DNA from: the human T2T-CHM13v2.0 reference genome, Homo sapiens
Length of the DNA stretch: 64,000 nt
Reading direction: 5' to 3' (one strand)
NCBI RefSeq assembly: GCF_009914755.1
Contig: NC_060931.1
Shown: in pieces, positions 42,573-56,829 of the stretch
Position numbering within the stretch: the stretch's first letter is position 1
How the letters are laid out: every line of letters begins with the position of its first letter
Translations under genes and position numbers: made by a program
The notes under the pieces: model-generated
What the model saw: only the letters and a program-made list of their open reading frames with translations
Told to the model about the DNA's origin: nothing
Database searches by the model: none

Positions 42573-43451
42573 AGTTTTTTATATATATTTATATATATAT
42601 ATATATATAACTATTATTTATTAGACTATTATGAATAAGAAAAAGACATTAAATATAGGAGAGATGGCAAGTCTTAGATCTTATTAGATCAATAAACATG
42701 AAAAATTCCAACTTCATTAGTAACTATGAAAATGCTAATTAAAACTATAAATGATACACTTTTCTAATTCACCATTTTGTCAAAAATTATGTCTAGTAAT
42801 TCTAAGTTGGTAAAAATATGGAGTAATTGGAATTCACAAATATCCACTGGCAATAAGATTGATTTATAAATTGATGTATATTTACACTATGCAGCAGTGA
42901 AAATGGACAACTACAGCTATGCTAAGCAACATGAAATAATAAAAAAATTATAAATAAAAAAGCAAGTCCCAAATATAAAATGGTAAAATGTATATAAACG
43001 CAAAAAACAGGCAACACTAAAATGTATATGGTTTATAGATAAAAATGCATAAATTAAAGAATAACACAAAATTCACATGGTGGTTACTTTGGGTAGGAGG
43101 TTAATAAGAGACTTCAGAGGTATCCACTTCTCAGGAGTGTGTGAGAGTTTCATGAAGCCAGCCTGAAAGTTTTATGAGAGTAGAGACCAATACTTTCTTT
43201 TCTTCATTTTATTTCCTAAGCCTAGCAAAAAGTATGGCACATTGTGTATGCTCAACACACATTTATTGGTTAAATGAATAAATGCATGCCCTTTGTAAAC
43301 TGTCAAGGTATGCAAATTGAGACTTTATTATTAGTTACTATAGCTTAGTTAATAGAATCAAATAAAAGGTAATAAACTGTAGCATTCAGAAAGCACTATT
43401 AAAAGTTTAATGTTAACCCAGCACTGTTGGGTAAAATAAATTAAAATTTTT

Positions 43452-43732
43452 CTGTAATCCTAGCACTTTGGGAGGCCAAGCTGGGCGGATCACTTGAGGC
43501 CAGGAATTTGAGACCAGCCTGAACAACATTGCAAAACCCCATCTCTACTAAAAATACAAAAATTAGCCAGGCGTGGTGGCGCATGCCTGTAATCCCAGCT
43601 ACTCAGGAGGCTGAAGCCTGAGAATTGCTTGAACCCGGGAGTCGGAGGTTGCAGTGAGCTGAGATCGCGACACTGTACACCAGGCTGGGCGACAGTGTGA
43701 GACTCCGTCTCCAAATTAAAAAAACAAAAAAA
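43452..43732 (+). mobile_element. Alu, slightly 5'-truncated
   Basis: Dimer. Confidence 0.95.
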
Positions 43733-43899
43733 GTTTTTAAAGTTGTGACCATTATGATTACATGTAAATTGCCACATGAAGATGGAACATGAAATCTGAC
43801 TTCAGGTGAGCATAATTTGAAAGGAAAAGGCAAAACAAGAGAAAAGAGTTAAAAAGGACGAAAACTTAATTGGGTCAGATCTGCAGGTTCTACCCTGTG

Positions 43900-44725
43900 C
43901 TGCTTTTTAGGAAAGTTGTCTCCTCTCCTGGCACAGAGGAAGGCTGGCTGGGGGAGCCTGGGCCCCTCTGTCCTCCCCGCGGTGACAGTGGCTGATGTTT
44001 GCTCAGGCATGAGGCGCGCCGCAATGCCCTGGGCCTGAGGCTGACGGGCCCCGCCCCTCCTCCTTCCCCTGGACTCTTCCACGATGTCTCTGTGCCCCTG
44101 TGCCTTCCTGTGCGTCCCTCTAATGAAAGGGGGCAGTGGCAGCATGAAGCTGGTGGCAGGAACTGGCTCCGCAGGCTGAGGAGGGCTCGCCCAGCTGTGG
44201 GAAATGCTCCACTTGACATCGGCTTTCTGTGCACCGATCTGGGCCTCGACCCAGGGTTAGAGCCGTGGCGTCCCTGGCCTGGGCGACCCCGGGGGCTGGC
44301 ACTCCGGCTGCTGCTGCGGTTGCCGCTGTGCTTGGCTGGGCCGCGGCTGGGACTAGCGCCCACTAGACGTGCAAGAGCCACCCCGCAGGAGGGAGGAGGT
44401 GGTATCCATGTTCCCTGAAAAACAGGCTCTGCTGACAAATCTCAGACGCCAGGAACAGAAGAACCGAAAGAAACTGCAAGAGTTTGAGCCAAAAGGATGG
44501 ACTGTTGGAGTAGCTGAGGGTGAAGCTGCCGGAACTCCTCAAAGTGGAACAGCAAAGCCAGCACCAGAGATGGACAAGAAAAACAAACTATCAACGAAAA
44601 TTCGCAGAAATCAAAGTTAGATGCTAAAGCAGCGAAAAACCGTTCACGCCACGATAGAAACAGAGTTGATGATGGAGTCTGAGAAACGAATCTTAGGGAG
44701 AGAAAGGACAGCAGTGAACATGGTC
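43900..44725. other. Orphan GC/CpG-rich island, exon-1-like, unassigned
   Basis: Abrupt GC-rich block with GC box GGCCCCGCCCC at about 44047; overlapping ORFs; no family recognised. Confidence 0.4.
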
Positions 44726-44957
44726 AGGTGCTGAGGATTCTGGTCCACTGGACCCCACCATCCCTAGGATAGTAAATACCATCCCAGTCATCACCCAGCA
44801 AGTTACCACCACAGCATTTCCTGTGTGTTTCAAAAAAATAAATAAAGGTGATTCTTAACATAAGTGCAAATAAAAAGTCATTCATCATAATCTAAACTGT
44901 CATAGTTTAGTTTACATTTTAACGTTCTTTATCGTGCTAAAACCTTTGGTTTTTTAA

Positions 44958-45266
<309 letters not shown>

Positions 45267-46033
45267 TAAAGTGGCAGCCACAATTTTTGTCTGTCTGGAT
45301 ATATTTTGGACTTTTGTATATTAAATATAACGTAAAATAGAAACTTTATTATGTTTTAGGTAATCTAACATTGATGTACACAAACTTTACAGATTACTGT
45401 AGGATTCAGTAAACGATGTATACGACATTTATGTCTCTAGTTTTTGATGTATTAATTTTATTTTAGAAAAGATTGGCTTCTTTAAAAATGTCTCCAAAAA
45501 TGTAGGCTTATTTTATAAAATGCCAAAATAGTCAAAAAATGTAAAATACCATTTTGCATTTTACAAAAAGTAAAATACTATTTTGCCGTTTTAAACAATA
45601 AGCCTGAATTTGCCATACTGTATGAATACTGGTACTCAGTTAAAACACCAAATATTTTAATCAAAATTATTTAAACTATGTTTATATAATATCTCAATTT
45701 TTAACTACAGCGATAGACATAAACAAATATTTCATAAATCAAACCTATTAGTATTAGGTTTATTTAGAAGTAATATATACAAAAGATCTGTTCAAAATGA
45801 ATATTTTTCATAATAATTTGGTGTTTTCAAATATGCCGAAGTCTTATTTTGATCAGAGTAAGCCTGGGGATAGTTGACTTATTTCATTTTTTTTGGATAG
45901 TGTGTTCCAAATTTTCTAGTTTAACTTAATATCGACTGATGATGGGTAAACATTTTTTTAAATATTATAGGCCTATTATATTGTCAATGTTTTTAATTTA
46001 AAAATTCTGTCTTTTAATATTGTTTCAGGGATT

Positions 46034-46463
46034 TAGGTCTAGTTGAATCCGCACAACCTGTTAATCATTGTCACCTGCCAGATTACAATTCACTGTCAGT
46101 GTGCCTGTATGACTCTTCTTTCCATATTCTTTGAATTTGTATTACTTATTTGAAAGTTATATAATACAGCTCATACATTTCAAATCAAATCACCAGGTAA
46201 AATGAATTCGGGCTTAGTGTAAAGGAGCTGTTACAATCTTAGTGTTACATATATAGATGGATGTGGCTCAACGATTTAAACAAAAATATTGAACTATAAC
46301 ATGTGTTGCCATGAGTCAGCCTCTAATGAGTTTATAGATAAATCCAGATTTCACCACATTTATCCAGTGTGTTCAATACCTCTAAAGGTGGTATATCAAC
46401 AATTCTTATGCTACTGTCTGAGAAAACAGATTCTGCTGTTACCTAAGAAATCAGCTGGGAGGC
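46034..46463 (+). repeat. Dispersed about 430-bp duplication, copy 1
   Basis: Colinear with 51924-52351, roughly 85% identical by eye. Confidence 0.9.
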
Positions 46464-46839
46464 ATTTTTATAATCTTGCACCACATAAGGAAAAACTGAA
46501 AGGTAGTACTAATAAATGCAAACTACATCACCTGGAAAATGGGAATCCAGAATGTCACTTTAAATATTTAAGTGTTGTAACTTTGGGTAAAAAATAAATA
46601 TGATAAAATAAATCTTTTGGTAAGCTTTGTGTAGCTTAACATCAGCATAAAGTAGAAAAAAAATCTTAAAAACAATAGCCTACACTAAAAAACAAAACAA
46701 AACTAACATCCAATTCATATATATTGATCTTTGCATTGGGAGAGTCTAAAGCAGAACATTTGATGGACTTGATACAGTTATTTTTACCATATGGGCATAC
46801 TGATAAAATCATCTATATTTAATTTGAATAAAACATGTT

Positions 46840-47150
46840 GGCAGGGCACGGTGGCTCACGCCTATAATATCAGCACTTTGGGAGGCCGAGGTGGGCGGAT
46901 CACCTGAGGTCAGGAGTTCAAGAACAGCCTGGCTAACATGGTGAAAACCTGTCTCTACTAAAAAAAAAAAAAATACAAAAATTAGCCAGGCATGGTGGTG
47001 CGCGCCTGTAATCCCAGCTAGTCTACTCGGGAGACTGAGGCAGGAGAATCGCTGGAACCCAGGAGGCAAAGGCTGCAGTGAGCCGAGATCATGCCAATGC
47101 ACTCCAGCGTGGGCGACAGAGCAAGACTCCGCCTCAAAAAAACAAAAACA
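46840..47150 (+). mobile_element. Alu (S-type)
   Basis: Dimer; TSD aacatgt. Confidence 0.95.
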
Positions 47151-48297
47151 ACATGTCTGCATCTTAAAAATTCTACTTTGTACTATGAGTAATAAATGTC
47201 AAGTCTTTATCCTCAAGAGGATCCTGATTCTCAACCCAACATATATAGCAACCCATTCCCTGGTTTCTCCAAACTGAGGCCTCATTAAGGCTCAAATATG
47301 GAGTGAGAGAAACACAACAACAGAGCACGTGAAATAAGGATGAGGTAGGATGGTCAGCTCTAAGGCTCAGGAATTGCCTGGGGCATCCCAGTATAATGAT
47401 GCCAACTGTGAAGTTTACTATGTAAAAATAAACATAAAATGAACATTGGTGAAAGTCTCTGGAATTATAAACAGTTGTGCCAAAAGGACTGAGCCAGAAT
47501 GACCTGTATTTAAGAAGTAAGGCAAATGTTTACTAGCACATAAATATTTGTTCCAAAGTTTATTACAGTAGCAATATTCTTTTCAGTAATGTCAGCTTTC
47601 TCAAGCTAAGGATGCCACAGACAAACTAAGTGCCTAATATATTGTAGGCAATTAGTTTCTAAATTCAACAAACTTGCAATAATTTTATAAATTTCACTGA
47701 ACTCTGTTGCATGTATATATCTCACTGAAAGGCACTATCCGGTAGCTGTGTCCTTCACTTTTTTCTGGGATTTTCTGTTGCTGGATTCCAAACCAACTTT
47801 ATTTGAATCCTAGTAATTTCTAAAATTCCAGATTTAATAACAGAAAGAAAGCAGAAATTAAGCCCAGAAATTAGGTTACCCCAAACAGTCCATATCTAAT
47901 ATATTTGATTCCCCAAAAGAAACAAATATTACACAAAGTAAACAACAGTGGGTTTAAAATTCAACCTAAATTCAAAGGTAGCAGTTAACACCATATGCAA
48001 AAATTAGCAAAGTCACAATGTAGAAACTCTTAGTCTGTTATTCCAGAAAAAATAATAACATTTTTATTTTGGCATTTTTTGGAAAGAATAAATACATTAA
48101 ATATAACAAAATATACCCACTAAACTATAATAAAGGATCTTTGAAATATAAATGATTTTGTTCTTATTTTTAAATATTTACTGTACTATATTCAGACAAG
48201 GCTTTCAGTGAAAAATATTTACAGCTACCATGTATGAATTAAAACAGCCCTGGGGGAAATAGTATTTTTTATTAATAATGAAGATTGAAGCTCCAAG

Positions 48298-49158
48298 TGA
48301 TAGAGCAGGAGCACCATCAACTCAGACAAACACTGCCACTTTTAAGTTCTAGCTCCCTTTCTAGCCTCATGCATTTCAAGGAAATCACTTCTCTTCTAAT
48401 TACAAGCATCCAGAAAGAGCAGACAGTAAAATACAGGTAAGACAGCTCAGGTGGGCACGGTGGCTGACGCCTGTAATCCCAACATTTTGGGAGGCCGAAG
48501 CGGGCAGATCACGAGGTCAGGAGTTCGAGACCAGCCTGGCCATCATAGCGAAACCCCATCTCTACCAAAAACACAAAAAATTAACCGGGTGTGGTGTGCG
48601 CGCCTGCTCGGGAGGCTGAGGCAGGGGAATTGCTTGAACCAAGGAGGTGGAGGTTGCAGTGAGCGGAGACCACGCCATTGCACTCCGGCCTGGGTGACAC
48701 AGCGAGACTCCGTCTCAAAAAAACAAAACAAACAAAAAACAGCCAGCTCGGGCACAGAGGGAGGTGGAAGGAAAGTCTCTTGAGTAACTGCCAATCTTCA
48801 CCCTCATACAATGGGCCCCAGTAAAACAGTGGGCCTTAATAGGCACATTCTTTTCCCTTCGGGTGCACTAAGATTGGGAAGCTAAAAGCAGACTGGGGGG
48901 CTGTGCCTGCAGCTGCAGAAAGATGTATGGGAACAGACACACAACTCTCCCTCCCAGATAAGCACAACGAAGAGACACAGAAGCAGTCCAAGCCTCCGAT
49001 AAACTCTCCCACCCTGAATCCTTAAAAATTTTTAGTCTGTAAAAGAGTGTGGCTCTGACCTAACTCGGCCAGCTGCCCCCCTAGGTTTATTCAAAATAAA
49101 CCTGTCCCTGTTGACTGTCAAGCCACCCTTCGTGTTTCTCTTCTCTTTAATTCTTATA
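48298..49158 (+). mobile_element. Solo LTR6-like (HERV-S71/HERV-T) LTR with Alu insertion 48449-48745
   Basis: tgatagagcaggagcacc...aataaa...ttaattcttata; TSD ccaag on both sides; family assigned from recalled consensus. Confidence 0.7.
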
Positions 49159-49329
49159 CCAAGGATGTAAAATAATTTCCCCTGGGAACACAGCTAATGA
49201 CCCAAATGAAGCTCAAATGAAGGCATTTAACATTCATAATTTATATTTTAAAAGTAAAATACTCCTGGATATAAAAAAAGGAAAAAAGATATAAAAACAA
49301 ATGAGAGAAAAGGAAGGAAATGGATTACT

Positions 49330-49625
49330 CACAATATCTAAGGTATGGAAGCAACCTAAGTGTCCATCAACAGGTTAATAAATAAAGAAAATGTGATATA
49401 TTTACACAATGGAATGCTACTCAGCCCTATGGGGAAAAAAAAGGAACTCTTGTTATTTGCAACAACATTGATGAACCTGGAGGACATGATGCTAAATAAG
49501 ACGGCACAGAAAAAAACTTTCATAATATCATTTCTATGTAGAGTATAAAAAGGTTTAAACTCATAGAAGCATAGGGTAGAATGATGATTGTCTGGGGCTG
49601 GGAGTGGAGGAGATGTTGGTCAGAA
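49330..49625 (+). mobile_element. L1M 3'UTR fragment
   Basis: aagcaacctaagtgtccatcaac...gaacctggaggacatgatgctaa. Confidence 0.8.
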
Positions 49626-49630
49626 GTAAT

Positions 49631-51673
<2,043 letters not shown>

Positions 51674-51866
51674 CAGTGTCTTCCCTACATTTCCTACCTT
51701 AACACATAAGTTATTCTCCTCTCAGTTTTGATTCACCAGAGGATTGAATCATATCCTGAAGAATCAAAACCGAATAATATATCTGTTAAGGCAATGCAGG
51801 TTGTACACTAAAATTTCACATGCTTAGAATAATATATTTTTTGCTCACATCCCCATCGTCTGTGAA

Positions 51867-51923
51867 CTTTTTTTTTTTGAGATGGAGTCTCGCTCTGTCT
51901 CCCAGGCTGGAGTGCAGTGGCAC
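51867..51923 (-). mobile_element. Alu 3'-end fragment
   Basis: T tract plus gagatggagtctcgctctg...cagtggcac, cut abruptly. Confidence 0.9.
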
Positions 51924-52351
51924 TAGGTCTAGTTGAATCTGCTCAACCTGTTAATCAGTGTCAGGTGCCAGATTCCAATTCACTATCAGTGTGCCTGTAT
52001 GACTCTTCTTTCCATAGTCATTGAATTAAATTATTACTTATTTGAATGTTATATAATACAGCTCATACATTTCAAATGAAACCACCAGGTAAAATGAGTT
52101 GTGGCTTAGTATAAAGAAGCTGTTAGCAACTTAGTATTATATATAGATGGATGCGGCTCAACAAGAATTTAGACAAAAATAATGAACTATAATGTGTTGC
52201 CATGACTTAGTCTCTAATGAGCTTATAAATAAATCCATATTTCAGCACACATATACAGTTTTGTTCAGTACCTCTAAAGGTGGTAAATCAAGAATTCTTA
52301 TGCTACAGAGAAAACAGATTCTGCTATTACCTAAGAAATCAACTGGAAGGC
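51924..52351 (+). repeat. Dispersed about 430-bp duplication, copy 2 (Alu-bounded)
   Basis: Colinear with 46034-46463. Confidence 0.9.
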
Positions 52352-52645
52352 TTTTTTTTTTTTTTTTTGAGGAGTTTCACCTGTCATCCAGGCTGGAGTG
52401 CAACAGCACGATTTCGGCTCACTGTAACCTCTGCCTCCTGGGTTCAAGCGATTCTCCTGCCTCAGCCTCCTGAGTAGCTGAGATTATAGGCACACGCTAC
52501 CACACCCAGCTAATTTTTGTATTTTTAGGAGAGATGGGGTTTCACCATGTTGGTCAGGCTGGTCTCGAACTCCTGACCTCAGGCGATCCGCCCACCTTGC
52601 CTCGCAAAGTGCTGGGATTACAGGCGTGAGCCACTGCACCTGGCC
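52352..52645 (-). mobile_element. Alu (S-type)
   Basis: Dimer. Confidence 0.95.
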
Positions 52646-54779
52646 ATCTGTGAGTCTTTTGTCTGCTTAAGAAGACTTAATCTTTCAGGGATTGTATCTT
52701 CTTTCATTTTCTATCTGCATCCTCCTTTTTCTTTAGCCAATGGATGAAAACAAGATGCAGAGAAGACATATTTGCGTCTTATCCACACATCACTTCCACT
52801 CACTACTAGTCAATGTGGGTAGAGCTGAGAATAGCAGTTTCCTGGCAGGACAGCCACTTCCTAGCAATAAAAACACACTAAAAAAATCATAAATCTTCTT
52901 TAAAAAGCTAACATATTTTAAACAAAATAAGTATATGCATCAATAATAAAGTGCTTGTGGTAAAATATTACTTTTATTTCTATTGAGCTCGGGTAATATT
53001 TGGCCAAAAGATAGCAAATATACAGCAGAAAAATATTATTTTAAATAAGAATATTGTGAAGTTATTCTGTCAATAGAATACTATTATGACCTCATACTAA
53101 TAGTCTCATCTATAGTTATGCAATACCAAATGCTTTTTATTAAAAGTTGCATTTTAAATAATTATTCCATTTATATTACCCTCTTTCACTATTTCAATGC
53201 CTTCTTCCGTTTATATCAGTGGAAAACAGGCTAGCTGGTGCCAGGAAAGAACGTGCTGCTATCGCTGTTTAACGATGATGATGAAGAGCACTTGTTTGGG
53301 TGGTATTCACGTGCCAAACACTGTTATTTGGCTTAAAGTACTGGTTTTCTATTTTTCCCTAAATTTATTGATAATATACAATTTTTTAGCTAAGAAGATT
53401 TTATCTCATTCATATGTTTTATGGAATTTGGTTTACGTTTAACTGTTTCTGATTTATCTGGAATGTGAAAATTTTCCATGAATCCAAATTACTATAAACA
53501 ATCTTTTACTAAAAGCCTTTGTGAGGCAGAGTAGGATTCATACTTTTTATAATATGGAAGAAATGTATTAACCATGTTCACAGTAATGACTCTGAATACA
53601 GCATTCTCAGTGCCCAGTATTCACCCTGAGTCACTCAGAAAAAACTGGTATCTCTGCAAAGACACAAAAAAAGGTGCCAAGAGGAAGTGCACCACATTGC
53701 ACATAAATGCTTTCCACATGCACCTATTAGGGTCTTAATTTAATCGGCTGTTATTTGCATGTCCAGATGCTTCCTGAATCTAGTCATACAAGTTTTTGGC
53801 AGCTAATGGCATCTTTTACCCATTAGTTTTATATGATGATTTGTGTGGCTGGGAAATAAATTTTTTGTCAATTTACTCTAAATTGAGAGACTAGATTTGC
53901 AATCTTCAATCTTTCAGTGTTAAGGCAAATCAGATAAGAGCAATGTGTTATGTAGCATGCATTTTTCTGCCTATCAAAATTCTTGTATTGCCTTGGAAAC
54001 CCGAGGGAGCCATCTAAATAATACTCCCTTTGAAAATCCTTTAGCCAGAATTTTAGATTTTAAAAGGTCAAGAACATAATGATCGAGCAAAGCCAAAATC
54101 ATGTCTTTGCTCCGTGTTAGTAATCAGGCCATTTCAAAAAGCATGGCAATTATGCCAAGCCATTGAAAAAACGTGGTTTTGATTAATTTTATTCTACTTC
54201 AAATGTTTCATCTAATTGTTACTTTTATCATGTTAAACTAAGAAAAACTACATATATAACTCCATGCATTCTAGACATAATCATACTGTTTAAAGCTCAA
54301 TATTGTATTACAGTATAGTAAAACCCTCTGTAATTAGATGTCAATTATTAATAAATTTATTATGTCTTCAAGGTATTTCAATTGTAAAAACTATTTAAAT
54401 AATTAGGTATGCTTTTTCATAATAAGTTCAATTCTAGGAGGGTACACACTAGTCTCCATGGTATTTTTGTAATGAGTAGTGTAAAACTGGGCTACCAGAA
54501 TGGTGCAGACATGCTGATTTAATTATAGTAAGAATGAGATCCCTTGTTGGTAGGCTATTGATGTTCCAGAGGCTGATCATTCACTACGGCTTTCTAAATG
54601 TCATTCCATAGTGCCAGTGAGCCCTTTCATCCAGGTTGTTTCTTCCTCCCATTGACGTAATCAGTGTTGTCTCCTCTGTTTATCTTAGGCTATCTCAGAT
54701 GAGAGGTGATTTTTTTTCTTTTTGCATAAATTAGACTCCTTTTTTTTTTTTTTCCTCTGCCATGAGATCCTTCTGTCCT

Positions 54780-55131
54780 CTCTACTGGAAGCACCATGTG
54801 GGAGGCAGGAATGATGACAATATACAAATATATTTCCTGCCACGTGGCCACCATAAGCAGCTTACAGCATGGCCCACCTAGAAATCACTTACTTCCAGGC
54901 CAGCTGAAGTGTTTTTGTGTCCCTTTCTCTTAAAAGCACCTCTGATTCAGTTTAGCTCAATCAGGATAATCTCCCTTTTGATGGCCACAAAGGCAACACA
55001 TTAGTGACCTAATTTTATGAGTAATTTCACACCACAGTTACAGTTTTTTTACACTCAAGAGGAAAGGATTACACAGCAGGTGTGAAACAGGCTTGGAATC
55101 TTGAGGATCATGTTAGAATTTTGCCCACCCA
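54780..55131 (-). mobile_element. MLT1-type LTR (ERVL-MaLR)
   Basis: caggataatctcccttttgat...ttagaattttgcccacc, resembling the reverse complement of the MLT1 start. Confidence 0.65.
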
Positions 55132-55162
55132 CCTGAATAGACTTTTAAAATAGTCTTTTAGA

Positions 55163-55455
55163 TTTTTTTTTTTTTTTTTTTTGAGACGGAGTCTTGCTCT
55201 GTTGCCCAGGCTTGAGTGCAGGGGCGCCGGCGCCATCTCGGCTACTGCAAGCTCCGCCTCCCAGGTTCACGCCATTCTCCTGCCTCGACCTCCCCAGTAG
55301 CTGGGACTACAGGTGCCCAGCTATTTTTCGTATTTTTAGTAGAGACGGGGTTTCACCGTGTTAGCCAGGATGGTCTCGATCTCCTGACCTTGTGATCCAC
55401 CTGCCTCGGCCTCCCAAAGTGCTGGGATTACAGGCGTGAGCCACCACACCCAGCC
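55163..55455 (-). mobile_element. AluY with small indels
   Basis: TSD tagtcttttag. Confidence 0.95.
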
Positions 55456-55739
55456 TAGTCTTTTAGTTTCTTTTGTTATCTAAGTAAACAAAGATAATAC
55501 CTGCAAATAATAATTAATTACTTTCCAATTTTATTCACAACAAATATTAACTAATTTTTTTTCTGGCTTAAATTATTTCTCTTTAATATACCATTTTATA
55601 CATTCATGCACAGATATAACAATGCAAATGTATCCAATTATTCAATTTCTAAAAATTTTTTATTTAAAATGAGTTTAAAATAATTATTTTCTGTTTGAAG
55701 TTTTTTATTGTTGTACTCAAGAGTGTTACCTCTGTGCAG

Positions 55740-55920
55740 ACAAAGTTGCCTGTGGTTTAATATTGGCTCTGCTATTGTGAGCAAGTCATTTCTCTCAGTA
55801 GCTCTGTTTCTTCCTCTGGTAAAATGAGGGTAATAATGATACCTATGTTATTAAGTTACTGTGAGAATTAAATTTATTAACACATATATAGTGTTATGGT
55901 CAGTACTCAGTAGAAATTAG
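55740..55920 (+). mobile_element. MIR
   Basis: gcaagtcattt...ctgtttcttcctctggtaaaatgaggg.taataat MIR core. Confidence 0.7.
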
Positions 55921-56039
55921 GTAATTTTAATAAGATAATTATATGCTGAATTACTTTAATACATGCTTTAACACAGAAATATTTTTCCCTAAGACATGAC
56001 TTTTTCAACCAATAGACAAATACATATTTATATTAATTC

Positions 56040-56700
56040 TTTTAAAAATGTGGTATAAACAATGAAATACTATTCAGCGTCAAGAAAGGGTAAATCCCAT
56101 TATTTGAAACAAGATAAATTTAGAAGACACTATGCTAGATGAAATAAGCCAGACACAGAAAAACAAATAGTGCATAATCTCGTGTATATGTAGAATTTAA
56201 TAAAGTTTAACTCAAAAAAGTAGAAAGTGGAGTAATGGTTACCAGAGACTGGGGGTGGTTGGAAGGAAATAGAGAGTTGTTCATCAAAGGGTACAAAGTT
56301 TCAAATAGGGTAAATAGGTTTTGAGATCTATTGCACAGCAGGGACTATAGTAAACAATAATATATTGTGTATAGTAAACAACAATATACTGTGTATTTCA
56401 AAATAACAGAGTAAATTTCAAATGTCTCACCACAAAGGATAGGTAAGTGAGTTGATATACATATGTTATTCAACTCAATTATTCTATTTTTTTTTTTTGA
56501 GACGGAGTTTCGCTCTTGTCACCCAGGCTGGAGTGCAATGGCTCACCGCAACCTCTGTCTCCCGGGTTCACGTGATTCTCCTGCCTCAGCCTCCCGAGTA
56601 GCTGGGATTACAGGTGTGAGCCATCCATATTATATAGGTATATTAAAATATCACATTGTACCCCATAAATGTATACAACTCTGATTTGCCATTTAAAAAT
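56040..56700 (+). mobile_element. L1MA 3' end with a deleted Alu (56486-56624, -)
   Basis: gaaatactattcagc...gatctattgcacagca...cacattgtaccccataaat. Confidence 0.8.
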
Positions 56701-56791
56701 ACTATTAATACTTTTCTTAGAAAAAAGAGAGAAATAAACTTTAAGAATTGGGCCAGAGAAAAAAGTGTTTTTTTCATCTTAAAATTCCAGG

Positions 56792-56793
<2 letters not shown>

Positions 56794-56828
<35 letters not shown>
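56794..56828 (+). repeat. (CA)n microsatellite
   Basis: About 17 CA units. Confidence 0.95.

Positions 56829-56829
<1 letters not shown>

Noticed and set aside
43890-44438. 182-aa (-) and 139-aa (+) ORFs as real proteins
   Set aside because: GC-rich sequence is stop-poor, the ORFs overlap on both strands, and no domain is recognised; kept only as an unassigned island
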